This document shows, in pieces, positions 9,281-18,028 of a stretch of 64,000 nt of DNA. The notes under the pieces are model-generated. The model saw nothing but the letters and a program-made list of their open reading frames with translations, searched no databases and was not told the DNA's origin. Within the stretch, counting starts at the first letter, position 1. Each line of letters opens with the position of its first letter. Made by a program: the position numbers and the translations under genes. Source of the stretch: Aeriscardovia sp. (lineage in GTDB: Bacteria; Actinomycetota; Actinomycetes; Actinomycetales; Bifidobacteriaceae); the NCBI GenBank assembly GCA_017632945.1, contig JAGBQH010000001.1, positions 6,198 to 70,197 on the forward strand, in the 5' to 3' direction.

Positions 9281-10186
9281 AATTCCTCTCAACCATGTTT
9301 CCCCGCTCATTTTCTTTTTAGAGGCGGGGGTTATTTCTGTCAGTTCCAGCCATCCGTCCCCGCAGCAGACAAAAGCCTTTCCTTTAAAACATGACACAGA
9401 TCCAGGTTCTTGGATAGGAAGATCACATCCCGGGCCCAGCCTGTTAAATTTTACGTAAGTGGTTTTTTCCCCTGCCTTCGCTTCTGCCCAGGCCATCGGG
9501 TTGGGGTTACAGGCCAAAACCTTATAAAAAATTTTCTCTTTGGGGAGAGAAAAATCTATGCGGGCAGAGGATTTATCTATTTTCCCCGCATACTTTAAGC
9601 CAGGTTCTTCTTCCTGGGCTTTAAGTTCTTCTTTCCCTTCTTCCACCTCATCTAAGGCTTTTACCAGGGCGCTTTTCCCAATTACAGTCAGCTGCTCTGT
9701 CAGCTCTCCTGTAGTGAGGGGAAAAGAGGGGGCAAAAGGGACCTTTAACAGCCACGGCCCCTCGTCTAGCCCTTCTGTAAGTTTAAAAACAGTAACGCCG
9801 CAGTGTACATAGTGGTCCAGTACACAAGCCGCTACCGGGTTAGAACCCCGAAAGTAGGGTAGAAGAGAAAAGTGGAGGTTGTACCATCCTTTGCCCAGAA
9901 GAGAGAGGAGGGAGGAAGAAATGAGGCGCCCGTAAGCCACTACAGCTCCGCACTCCACTTCCTTTTCTTTTAGTTTTTCTGCAAAGAGTGGGTCGGAAGG
10001 CTTTCCATCAAAAACTTCAATGCCTAATTTTTCTGCCTTTTCCTTCACGGGATTGGCAGATTCTTTTCTCCCCCTTCCCCGCAGAGCATCGGGGCGCGTT
10101 AAAACCAGGCATACTTCTTGCTTTTTGGCAAGTTCTTCCAGGCATTCGGCAGCTTGGAGGGTAGATCCGGCAAAAATAGTCCTCAT
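9257..10186 (-). CDS. fmt: Methionyl-tRNA formyltransferase
   Basis: MRTIFAGS.., HFSLLPYFRGSNPV (HxSLLPxxRG motif); 309 aa. Confidence 0.9.
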   Translation of the reverse strand: MRTIFAGSTLQAAECLEELAKKQEVCLVLTRPDALRGRGRKESANPVKEKAEKLGIEVFDGKPSDPLFAEKLKEKEVECGAVVAYGRLISSSLLSLLGKGWYNLHFSLLPYFRGSNPVAACVLDHYVHCGVTVFKLTEGLDEGPWLLKVPFAPSFPLTTGELTEQLTVIGKSALVKALDEVEEGKEELKAQEEEPGLKYAGKIDKSSARIDFSLPKEKIFYKVLACNPNPMAWAEAKAGEKTTYVKFNRLGPGCDLPIQEPGSVSCFKGKAFVCCGDGWLELTEITPASKKKMSGETWLRGIRGEAKFF

Positions 10187-10203
10187 CTGTCCTCTGTCTT
10201 TCC

Positions 10204-10863
10204 CTATTTTTCTCCTTTAAGGGCAGGAATTGCAGCCCCCAAATCTATGAGAGTTTTTCTTATTTGAGCAGGGCTTTTAAACTGTATTGCCTTTAGGCCT
10301 GCCTTCTCTCCAGCCTCCACGTTTTCCGGCCTGTCATCTATGAAGGCCGTGAGGGAAGGATCGACATTAAATTTTGAAATAGCGGTATCAAAAATATTTC
10401 TGTCGGGTTTTCTTTGATGGATATACCCGGAAACTACCCTGTCTTCCATCATGAATATCACTTCAGGAAGGCGGGGCAAAGCTCTTTCAAAAAGGTCGGA
10501 TGACCAGTTTGAAAGGCCAAATACCCTAATTCCGGCCTCTTTTAGATCGCTTACGAGCTGTCTAGAACCAGGAATCTCTCCAAGAATGGAATCGGGGAAG
10601 TGCGAGATGTACCACTCCATCATCTCAGCCCATACTCCTCCGTGTTCCCTCTTTACCAGATTTATTGCTTTTTCCAAGGGCTCGCCCAGATCGCATAAAA
10701 CGTTGGCATCCTCAAAACCGGAAAGTTCATTGAGACGGAATTGATTTATAAGTTCGGGAGTGTACCTGCTTATTAAAGCGCCGTATATATCCCACCTAAC
10801 CAAAACGTTGCCGAAATCGAAAATAACGTTTTGGATTTTGTCGCCAGTGTCATTATTTTTCAC
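10204..10863 (-). CDS. HAD-superfamily hydrolase
   Basis: Motif I VIFDFGNVL, motif III/IV FIDDRPENVEAGEKAG. Confidence 0.85.
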   Translation of the reverse strand: MKNNDTGDKIQNVIFDFGNVLVRWDIYGALISRYTPELINQFRLNELSGFEDANVLCDLGEPLEKAINLVKREHGGVWAEMMEWYISHFPDSILGEIPGSRQLVSDLKEAGIRVFGLSNWSSDLFERALPRLPEVIFMMEDRVVSGYIHQRKPDRNIFDTAISKFNVDPSLTAFIDDRPENVEAGEKAGLKAIQFKSPAQIRKTLIDLGAAIPALKGEK

Positions 10864-10878
10864 TTATTCAATTATCCA

Positions 10879-12756
10879 CTATCTACGACCGAAGCAATAA
10901 GGATCAATCCAAAAATGGGCGCCAGAAGCGCTCCGTAAATGAGACACGGAGGCTACAGCCTCCCCGAGGCCATCAGCAAATGGAGGGGAGACAAGAAGGA
11001 CGCACAAGCATTCCTCCGAGTTTGGAATCGGCATGGGACCCATAACTTCAAATTCTCCTTCAGGCGCCTTTAAGACCTTTAAAACTTCCTCTACGGACTT
11101 TTGCACTTCTTTTTCCGCGCCCCATATGTTTAGTGCGGTCCTAAAAGGAGGCATCCCCGCTTTTCTTTTTTCTTCTAGATCCCATGCCGGAAAAACATAG
11201 TTCCATCCTTCAAAGGAAGAAAGGAGCTCCTTTTGGCCCTCTCCTATAAGGATCACTTTTTCAGATGCGAGACTGGCGGCCTCCATCCATGAATTTAATA
11301 CTTTAGACTCCGCATCCAAATTAAGGGAGAAAAAGGAAAGCCATGCATCCAGGATGGCCACCAGAGAATACGGTCTTTGATCAATGGATGAGGCTAAGGA
11401 TACATCGACATTTTTTAGATCTTTTTCCTTTAAAAGGCCTTTAAGTTCCTCTTTTACGTGTTCGGGACCTCTTTTAAGCGCAACAAGGCCGTAGGAAGGA
11501 ATTGTTGCGCCGCATTTAGAGCACACCCATTCGTTTTGCCTTTTTCTGCACTTCGAACAAAAGATCTCTTTTCCCCTTGATATCAGACTTCCCTTGCATT
11601 TACACCTCATAAAAGCAGAGCATTTGGGGCAGAGGAAAAAAGTAATATCGCTTCCCGCCGGGCAGACCAAAAGGGATTTTTTGCCCTCGTTTCCGTTTTT
11701 TCTAAGTTCTTCCACAAGAAGGCTTGGAAGGTGGACAAATCGATCTCCCATTTCAAGCAGTCTGTCGCGGCTAAAGCATACGGGTCTGAGAGGGGCGGGA
11801 GAAGAGGGAAAAATGTGAAGGGCCGTTTTTTCTCTCAGCCATTTTTCCTGCTCTGCTGCATGGCAGTAGGATATGGAAATTCTAATGCCTCCCCTATTTT
11901 TATGCCTTATCGATAGGACGTCTCTGACATTTGCATAGGGAGCCATTCCATCCGTAAATGCCTGCCCAAGGGCATTTACATCCACCATAAGGCAGGGATC
12001 TTTCATCGGAAGGTACATCGCGCGCCTTGTGCCTAAGGCTATGGCCCCTCCTTTGCAGCAGGAAAGAAAAGATGCATAGTTTTGGGCCTTTCCCAGATTT
12101 GATCCTACAAAGAGGGGATCTAGGCCATATGTAGAAAATACATTCTTTGCCTGATCAAAAAAACGGTCGGATGGAAGGCAGGCTAGAAAGGAATATCCCA
12201 ACTTTTTAGAAAGGAGGCCTAGAAGGGCCAGGCATTCAAAAATGTTTCCCCTTTTTTGGGCCAGATCCCAGACAAAACTTTGATTTTCAAAATTTGAAAG
12301 TGACTGAGTGAGGCTGGAAAGTCCGGAGTAAAGGCCCGAAGCCTCCTTTAAGAGGTTGCAAAGAGCTGCCTCATTTTTGCCGCTCCACTTTTGATCCTCC
12401 CAGGGCCGGCTTTCTACGTTCTTTACCCTGCTGGGAAGGGCAAGATCCAAGGTGTTTGACAGCCTGCCGCCGAAAAACCTGGCCACGCTCTCCAAATCAT
12501 TTATCTGTTTTTCGTCTAAGGCCGGAGAAGGGAAAACTTCATCTAAGGACTTAAGATTTTGAAATTTGCTTTCTTTTAAAGGAAAGAGATCCAGAACCAG
12601 CCCCTCCATTCGGCGCTGTTTAACGTGGATGCGTACTCTTTTTCCTCTTTGAATTTCAGAAGAAAAAGGGAGGGGGACAAGATAATCCAAGGCGGGGTAA
12701 GGAGAAGGGGCCGGCCTAAAGGGAAGAATCCTGGCGACGAGAAAAGCTTCGTGCAT
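10879..12756 (-). CDS. priA: Primosomal protein N' (PriA) homologue with degenerate ATPase motifs
   Basis: Cys-rich zinc region CPKCSAFMRCKCKG..CSKCRKRQNEWVCSKCG, IALGTRRAMYLP (compare GTRSA), position between metK and fmt. No GxGKT or DExH motif is visible. Confidence 0.8.
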   Translation of the reverse strand: MHEAFLVARILPFRPAPSPYPALDYLVPLPFSSEIQRGKRVRIHVKQRRMEGLVLDLFPLKESKFQNLKSLDEVFPSPALDEKQINDLESVARFFGGRLSNTLDLALPSRVKNVESRPWEDQKWSGKNEAALCNLLKEASGLYSGLSSLTQSLSNFENQSFVWDLAQKRGNIFECLALLGLLSKKLGYSFLACLPSDRFFDQAKNVFSTYGLDPLFVGSNLGKAQNYASFLSCCKGGAIALGTRRAMYLPMKDPCLMVDVNALGQAFTDGMAPYANVRDVLSIRHKNRGGIRISISYCHAAEQEKWLREKTALHIFPSSPAPLRPVCFSRDRLLEMGDRFVHLPSLLVEELRKNGNEGKKSLLVCPAGSDITFFLCPKCSAFMRCKCKGSLISRGKEIFCSKCRKRQNEWVCSKCGATIPSYGLVALKRGPEHVKEELKGLLKEKDLKNVDVSLASSIDQRPYSLVAILDAWLSFFSLNLDAESKVLNSWMEAASLASEKVILIGEGQKELLSSFEGWNYVFPAWDLEEKRKAGMPPFRTALNIWGAEKEVQKSVEEVLKVLKAPEGEFEVMGPMPIPNSEECLCVLLVSPPFADGLGEAVASVSHLRSASGAHFWIDPYCFGRR

Positions 12757-13938
12757 TTAGCCTAAAAGCAGGCTTCTTAGCCTGGAAGCCCTGTCTGTTC
12801 TTTCCCAGGTAAAAAGTTCTTCTTCTCTGCCAAAATGGCCGTAGCAGGCTGTAGGAGAATAAATCGGCCTCAAAAGATTTAAGTCTCTTATAATAACTCC
12901 CGGCCTAAGGTCGAAAGTCTCTTTTACAGCCTCGAGTATGCGTTCCAAAGAAAGGCCGGGGACTTGAGTGCCAAAGGTTTCAATATCTAGCGCCACGGGT
13001 TCAGCTCTGCCTATGGCATAGGCTATTTGAACTTCCACCCTTTTTACCGCCCCAGATGCCACAAGATTTTTAGCCACCCATCTGGCTGCGTAAGCTCCGG
13101 ATCTGTCGACCTTGGAAGGATCTTTTCCAGAGAACGCCCCTCCCCCGCTCCTTCCGGCATTTCCATAAGCATCAACTATGATCTTGCGTCCGGTTAGTCC
13201 CGTGTCTGCAGCCGGACCTCCCAAAACAAAAGATCCGGAAGGATTGAAGATAAAGTTAAAAGAAGATGCGTCGACTTCGGGTGCCCATTCATCCAGTATG
13301 GGCTTGACCACTTCTTCTTTTACCCTTTCCGACAGCTCTGCCAGCTTGGCTTTGGGGTCATGTTGGGCAGAGACAAGAACAGTGTTAATCCTTTTTGGCT
13401 TAAAACCTTCATAATCTACCGTAACTTGAGATTTGCCATCAGGCCTGAGCAGAGGGAAAACTCCATGTTTTCTCAGATCTGAAAGCCTCATGGTAATCCG
13501 ATTTGCCAGAGTTATGGGCAGGGGCATGAGTACCTTAGTTTCGTCACATGCAAATCCGAAAACTACGCCCTGGTCTCCTGCGCCCTGTTCCTCTTGGCCT
13601 CCGCTCCTTCTCACGCTTTCATCTATCTCCGGACTTTGCGAAGTGATGGAGACCATAACTCCGCAGCTTTGCCAGTCAAGTCCGATGGAAGAATCGGTAT
13701 ATCCAACTTCCCTTACGGTGTTTCTAACTACCTTTTGTACATCGCAGTAGCCTCTTGAGTTCACCTCGCCGCATACCATAAACATTCCTTTGCAGGCTAC
13801 GGTTTCTACGGCCACATGGCTGGATGGGTCCTGGAATAAAAGGTCGTCTAGAACGCTGTCGGAAATTTTATCGCAGAGCTTATCGGGATGTCCTTCCGTC
13901 ACAGACTCGGCGCTCAAAGGGTGAAGGCTACTCGTCAA
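12757..13938 (-). CDS. metK: S-adenosylmethionine synthetase
   Basis: [42 protein letters not shown]. Confidence 0.97.
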   Translation of the reverse strand: MTSSLHPLSAESVTEGHPDKLCDKISDSVLDDLLFQDPSSHVAVETVACKGMFMVCGEVNSRGYCDVQKVVRNTVREVGYTDSSIGLDWQSCGVMVSITSQSPEIDESVRRSGGQEEQGAGDQGVVFGFACDETKVLMPLPITLANRITMRLSDLRKHGVFPLLRPDGKSQVTVDYEGFKPKRINTVLVSAQHDPKAKLAELSERVKEEVVKPILDEWAPEVDASSFNFIFNPSGSFVLGGPAADTGLTGRKIIVDAYGNAGRSGGGAFSGKDPSKVDRSGAYAARWVAKNLVASGAVKRVEVQIAYAIGRAEPVALDIETFGTQVPGLSLERILEAVKETFDLRPGVIIRDLNLLRPIYSPTACYGHFGREEELFTWERTDRASRLRSLLLG

Positions 13939-14353
13939 TATCCTCTTCCCCTTCCCCCTCTTCTTCTTCGGCTTCCTCTTCCTCTTCGTCTATGTCGTCT
14001 CCTCCATCATCGGAATCCACCAGATCTTGAGCGGAGAGGGAAATCGAATCGTTTATTACCTTAGAACCGGCGTGCGAATCGGTATTGTCTTCAGAACCCA
14101 GTTTGCCCTCTATAAGGCCTTCATTTATCTCCCTAAAGGCGATGCTGAGGGGCTGCTCATTGTTGACGTAGGGCACAAGAGGGCCCACGTCCTTTAGCAT
14201 TCCCTGTTTAATCTGCAAAAAGTAGTCATTTATCTGCTTGGCCCTTTTTGCCCCAAATATCAAGAGGGCATACTTTGAATCTGCGTGATTCATGAGCTCG
14301 TGAAGCGGAGGCTTGGTGAGGCCTTCTGGCTGTGGAGATGTGCCTAGTGTCAT
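13928..14353 (-). CDS. rpoZ: RNA polymerase omega subunit with a long polyacidic C-terminal tail
   Basis: [28 protein letters not shown] is the omega core, and the gene sits in the gmk-rpoZ order. The tail [29 protein letters not shown] overlaps the metK start by 11 nt. Confidence 0.85.
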   Translation of the reverse strand: MTLGTSPQPEGLTKPPLHELMNHADSKYALLIFGAKRAKQINDYFLQIKQGMLKDVGPLVPYVNNEQPLSIAFREINEGLIEGKLGSEDNTDSHAGSKVINDSISLSAQDLVDSDDGGDDIDEEEEEAEEEEGEGEEDIDE

Positions 14354-14367
14354 AAGGAATTCCTTTC

Positions 14368-14934
14368 CTAATACAGATTTTTCATCAGGTCCCAGAGAGC
14401 AGAAGCTGCCCTCTCTACTTCATCATTTACTATCACGGCATCGAATTCGCCCTCGTGGGCCATTTCTTCTTTAGCTGTCTTAAGCCTTCTAGCTTTCTGC
14501 TCGGGACTTTCGGTGTCGCGAAGATTTAGCCTGTAAACCAGTGAATCGAAGGTCGGCGGGGCGAGGAATACCGAAAATAGCTTAATGCCCAGCTCCTTTG
14601 CCCTTTTGGCCACACTCCTAGCTCCCTGAAGATCAATCTCCAACAGAGTGGGAATCTGCTCGCGAATATGGTCCAAAACGGGCTGCAGAGGCGTTCCATA
14701 ATGAGCCAGGCCGTGTACGACAGCCGTCTCCAAAAAAAGGCCCTGCTTTTCCCGATTTAGAAATTCTTCCTCGGAAATAAACCAGTAGTCGCGCCCGTTT
14801 TTTTCTCCGGCTCTGGGAGCCCTGGTAGTCGCCGATATGCTTACCCAGATTTCCGGATGCTTTTCTAAAAGAGCCTTTTCCACGGTTCCCTTGCCAACGG
14901 CAGTGGGACCGCTGAGGACTACAAGGGGCATCAT
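14368..14934 (-). CDS. gmk: Guanylate kinase
   Basis: P-loop [27 protein letters not shown]. Confidence 0.95.
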   Translation of the reverse strand: MMPLVVLSGPTAVGKGTVEKALLEKHPEIWVSISATTRAPRAGEKNGRDYWFISEEEFLNREKQGLFLETAVVHGLAHYGTPLQPVLDHIREQIPTLLEIDLQGARSVAKRAKELGIKLFSVFLAPPTFDSLVYRLNLRDTESPEQKARRLKTAKEEMAHEGEFDAVIVNDEVERAASALWDLMKNLY

Positions 14935-16178
14935 CGATCTACTCTGGCCAGTATATAGTTCTTTTTTCCCTTGCGAATAAGAACAAAGCGGCCCTCAAAA
15001 CTGCAGGAAGGATCTACTGTGGCTTCCAAGCTGTCTTCGACTTTTCCATTTATCGACACTGCCCTTGAAGAAACATCCTCCCTTGCCTGCCTCCGGCTCT
15101 TCTCAATTCCCGTTTCCACAAGCAGATCCACAATATTTTTGGGGTCAGCACTTATAGAAACGGAAGGAGCAGAGCCAAAAGCTTCCTCTATTTCTCCTGC
15201 GCTTAGGGAGGCTACATCCCCATTAAAGAGGAGGGTGGAAATTTTCTGCGCTCTTTCAGCCTCCTGCTTGCCGTGCACAAATGCCGTCACTTCATAGGCC
15301 AGTGCCTTTTGGGCAAGTCGAAGATTAGGCCTCTCTTCGGTTTCTTTGGCCAGATTCTCAATTTCTTCCCTGGAGAGGAAAGTGAAGTACTTTAAGTACT
15401 TATCCACATCCCTGTCGTCGGTGTTTATCCAGAACTGGTAGAAGTCATAAGGGCTGGTCATTTTGGGGTTAAGCCACACAGCTCCCCCAGCTGACTTTCC
15501 AAATTTTGTTCCGTCAGCTTTTAGAAGAAGGGGAATGGTTAGTCCGAAAACTTCTGCTTTTGAATACTTATGACGTATGAGGTCTATTCCATCAGTCAAG
15601 TTCCCCCACTGATCGGCGCCTCCGATTTGGAGGGTCACTCCCTCATCTTCAAAAAGATGGAGAAAATCTATCGCCTGCAAGATTTGGTAGCTAAACTCCG
15701 TAAAGGAAATCCCCCCTTCTATCCTGGAGGAGACGCTTTCTTTGCTCAGCATGGAATTGACGGAAAAGTTTTTTCCAAAGTCGCGCAGAAAATCTATCAG
15801 GTTTAATTTTGAGAGCCAGGAATAGTTATCCACTATTTTGAACTCAGGCCCAAAAATCTTTTCCATCTGTTCTGTCAGGCTCTTTTTATTCGCTTCCACC
15901 TGCTCGACGCTTTGAAGCACCCTTTCAGTGCTCCTGCCGCTGGGATCCCCTATGGCTCCCGTAGCTCCCCCAATAAGGATTAGGGGATGATAGCCGTACA
16001 TTTGGAACCTTTTGAGGACAATGAAGGGGATAAGGTGGCCTATATGCAGGGAGGGCCCCGTAGGGTCGGTTCCACAGTAAAGCGAAAGCTTTTCCTTTTC
16101 CAGGGCTGCTTTTAATCCCTCGGGATCGGTCTGCTGGTTTATTAGGCCTCGCCATTGCAAATCTTGCAGAATATCCAT
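14931..16178 (-). CDS. tyrS: Tyrosyl-tRNA synthetase (Firmicutes-like sequence)
   Basis: HIGH motif (SLHIGHLIPF), KMSKS variant KFGKSAG, C-terminal S4 domain. The TGA overlaps the gmk ATG (ATGA). Confidence 0.96.
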   Translation of the reverse strand: MDILQDLQWRGLINQQTDPEGLKAALEKEKLSLYCGTDPTGPSLHIGHLIPFIVLKRFQMYGYHPLILIGGATGAIGDPSGRSTERVLQSVEQVEANKKSLTEQMEKIFGPEFKIVDNYSWLSKLNLIDFLRDFGKNFSVNSMLSKESVSSRIEGGISFTEFSYQILQAIDFLHLFEDEGVTLQIGGADQWGNLTDGIDLIRHKYSKAEVFGLTIPLLLKADGTKFGKSAGGAVWLNPKMTSPYDFYQFWINTDDRDVDKYLKYFTFLSREEIENLAKETEERPNLRLAQKALAYEVTAFVHGKQEAERAQKISTLLFNGDVASLSAGEIEEAFGSAPSVSISADPKNIVDLLVETGIEKSRRQAREDVSSRAVSINGKVEDSLEATVDPSCSFEGRFVLIRKGKKNYILARVDR

Positions 16179-16184
16179 CTTTAT

Positions 16185-18026
16185 TTACTTTTCATCCTTT
16201 AGGCAGGGCTTAAGCACTTCTTTGATAGCTTCCTTTAGTTTTACCTCATAGGAAGCAAAAGATTGGGCATCGTACATCATCAAGTTCATGGCCGACGCTC
16301 TTAAGGTAGTAAGGTGCGAAGAGGAGTCCCACGGTGAAGTAATGCCAATCTTCCTTATGAAGTCTAGGCAACTGTCTCCATATTCCCCTTTAGCAAAGTC
16401 AGTGTGGCTGGTCAAAATGGGTTTTAGATAAGGCATGCCCGAATAAATGGAAGTTTGAATGAAGAAGTTCTGGTTGAGTTCATTCATGGCCTTTAGGTCG
16501 GTATTTCCTTCTATATTGAACACCCAGTCAACCATATTGAAGTCCGGGTAATAAATGGTGTGGGACTTTATCTTTTTCCCTTCTACTTCCACTTCGAGTT
16601 CTGACATGAACTTGTAGAAGTTCCTCGCCCCTTCCATGGACCTGCCGATGATCTTTCCGTAACCTGTAATGTTTAGCGGAAGCACCCTATGAGCTGCCCA
16701 TACCGCGGCTGCGGCCGCTCCGGCCTTGGATCCCTCTAGGATGTAGGGTCCAATTTGGACGGGAGGATCTATAGTCTTGTCGAAAACGTAGGAAGCGAAA
16801 TAGGAAATTGCATTCCTCATCCTTTCGTCCCTTATGACAATCCCGCCCGCAGTGTAGGGGACATATCCCATTTTGTGAGGATCTACCGTTATTGAATCCA
16901 CTTCCGAAAGTGCCTTAAGAGATTCATAGTCATCTTTGGAAATGGTGTTGCTCAAATCCTGGAAGACCTCATTTTCTCTGAGTTCATGCTCGAGATCGGC
17001 ATAGGGGATGACGTCATAGTTGGAATCTAGGATTATGGACCTAGCGTACCCGCCGTAGGCGCAGTCGGCATGCAGATAGAAGTTAATTCCCTTCTTTGCA
17101 AAGTTCTTGCGAAGGGCGCAAATCTTGTCAATGTGGTCTATTGCGCCTTCCTCGGTAGTGCCTACAACTCCTACTACTCCCAGTACCGGTATTTTTTGGG
17201 CGCCAAGATCCTCTATTGTCTTTTCCAATACGTCTATCTTCATCCTGTAGTGATCATCTACAGGAATCATTATGACTTGATCCATTCCGACGCCGGTTAT
17301 ATCGGCAGCCTTAAGCCAGCTGTAGTGCTTAGTTGCCGGAATAATCCACTTGCCCAGGTCCTCTATTCTCTTGCCGCTTCTGGCAGACTTCCTCTTGACC
17401 AGATCAAGATCTACTTCGCTTAGGCCGGACATGAGATCGATTATTTTTTCTATGGGCATATTCAAGAGTTCCCAGTCGCTCTTTCCGGCAACCAGTTCAG
17501 GCTTTACTTCCTTCATGGCCAAAGGAAGGCTCTTTACGTTTCTGGCGTACCAGAGAGCTTCAAGATTGGCTATAGAGCCGTCTGCACAGATATGTCCCCA
17601 GCCGTTGGGGAAGCTAAAGAGCTTGGCAAAATCCCTTCCCACTTCTTCCTCTAGGAAGGAAGTGGCGGGAGATCCTTCGTAGGAAACGTTGTTTTCGTTC
17701 CACAGCATTCCGAAATAGTACCCGAGCAAGGCGGGAATGAGGGTTTCGGAGTTCATGTGGCCCCAGTACCTGGCCGATTCCCACGGCACTGAGCCTTTTC
17801 TCATCCTCACCGACAGTTCTTCCATGACAGTCTTGAGCCTTTGGACCGTCTGCTGGAAGGCGGGAGAAGCCTGCTCGGTGGGAGAAATAAGAGGAGGATC
17901 TTGAGGCATATAGTTTTGCCTCCAACCCAGATGCTCGTCTATCAAATGGCTCAGGAGAGACTTAAAAAGCTCCCCGTTTTCGGATTTGCTTCCGATGAGC
18001 AACGCGTTTATGTCGATTTCCTCCAT
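16185..18026 (-). CDS. tdc: PLP-dependent tyrosine decarboxylase (Enterococcus/Lactobacillus TyrDC type)
   Basis: DEHLGWRQNYMPQDPP, YWGHMNSETL, AMKEVKPELVAGKSDWELLNMP and the PLP-lysine motif TVDPHKMGY. I prefer ATG 18026 (AAGGAG 6 nt upstream) over the track's TTG 18032. Confidence 0.9.
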   Translation of the reverse strand: MEEIDINALLIGSKSENGELFKSLLSHLIDEHLGWRQNYMPQDPPLISPTEQASPAFQQTVQRLKTVMEELSVRMRKGSVPWESARYWGHMNSETLIPALLGYYFGMLWNENNVSYEGSPATSFLEEEVGRDFAKLFSFPNGWGHICADGSIANLEALWYARNVKSLPLAMKEVKPELVAGKSDWELLNMPIEKIIDLMSGLSEVDLDLVKRKSARSGKRIEDLGKWIIPATKHYSWLKAADITGVGMDQVIMIPVDDHYRMKIDVLEKTIEDLGAQKIPVLGVVGVVGTTEEGAIDHIDKICALRKNFAKKGINFYLHADCAYGGYARSIILDSNYDVIPYADLEHELRENEVFQDLSNTISKDDYESLKALSEVDSITVDPHKMGYVPYTAGGIVIRDERMRNAISYFASYVFDKTIDPPVQIGPYILEGSKAGAAAAAVWAAHRVLPLNITGYGKIIGRSMEGARNFYKFMSELEVEVEGKKIKSHTIYYPDFNMVDWVFNIEGNTDLKAMNELNQNFFIQTSIYSGMPYLKPILTSHTDFAKGEYGDSCLDFIRKIGITSPWDSSSHLTTLRASAMNLMMYDAQSFASYEVKLKEAIKEVLKPCLKDEK

Positions 18027-18028
18027 TA

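Noticed and set aside
16179-16184. Looked for T-box leaders upstream of tyrS and proS, and a SAM riboswitch upstream of metK
   Set aside because: The upstream gaps are 6 nt, 1 nt and an overlap respectively, so there is no room for leader RNAs.
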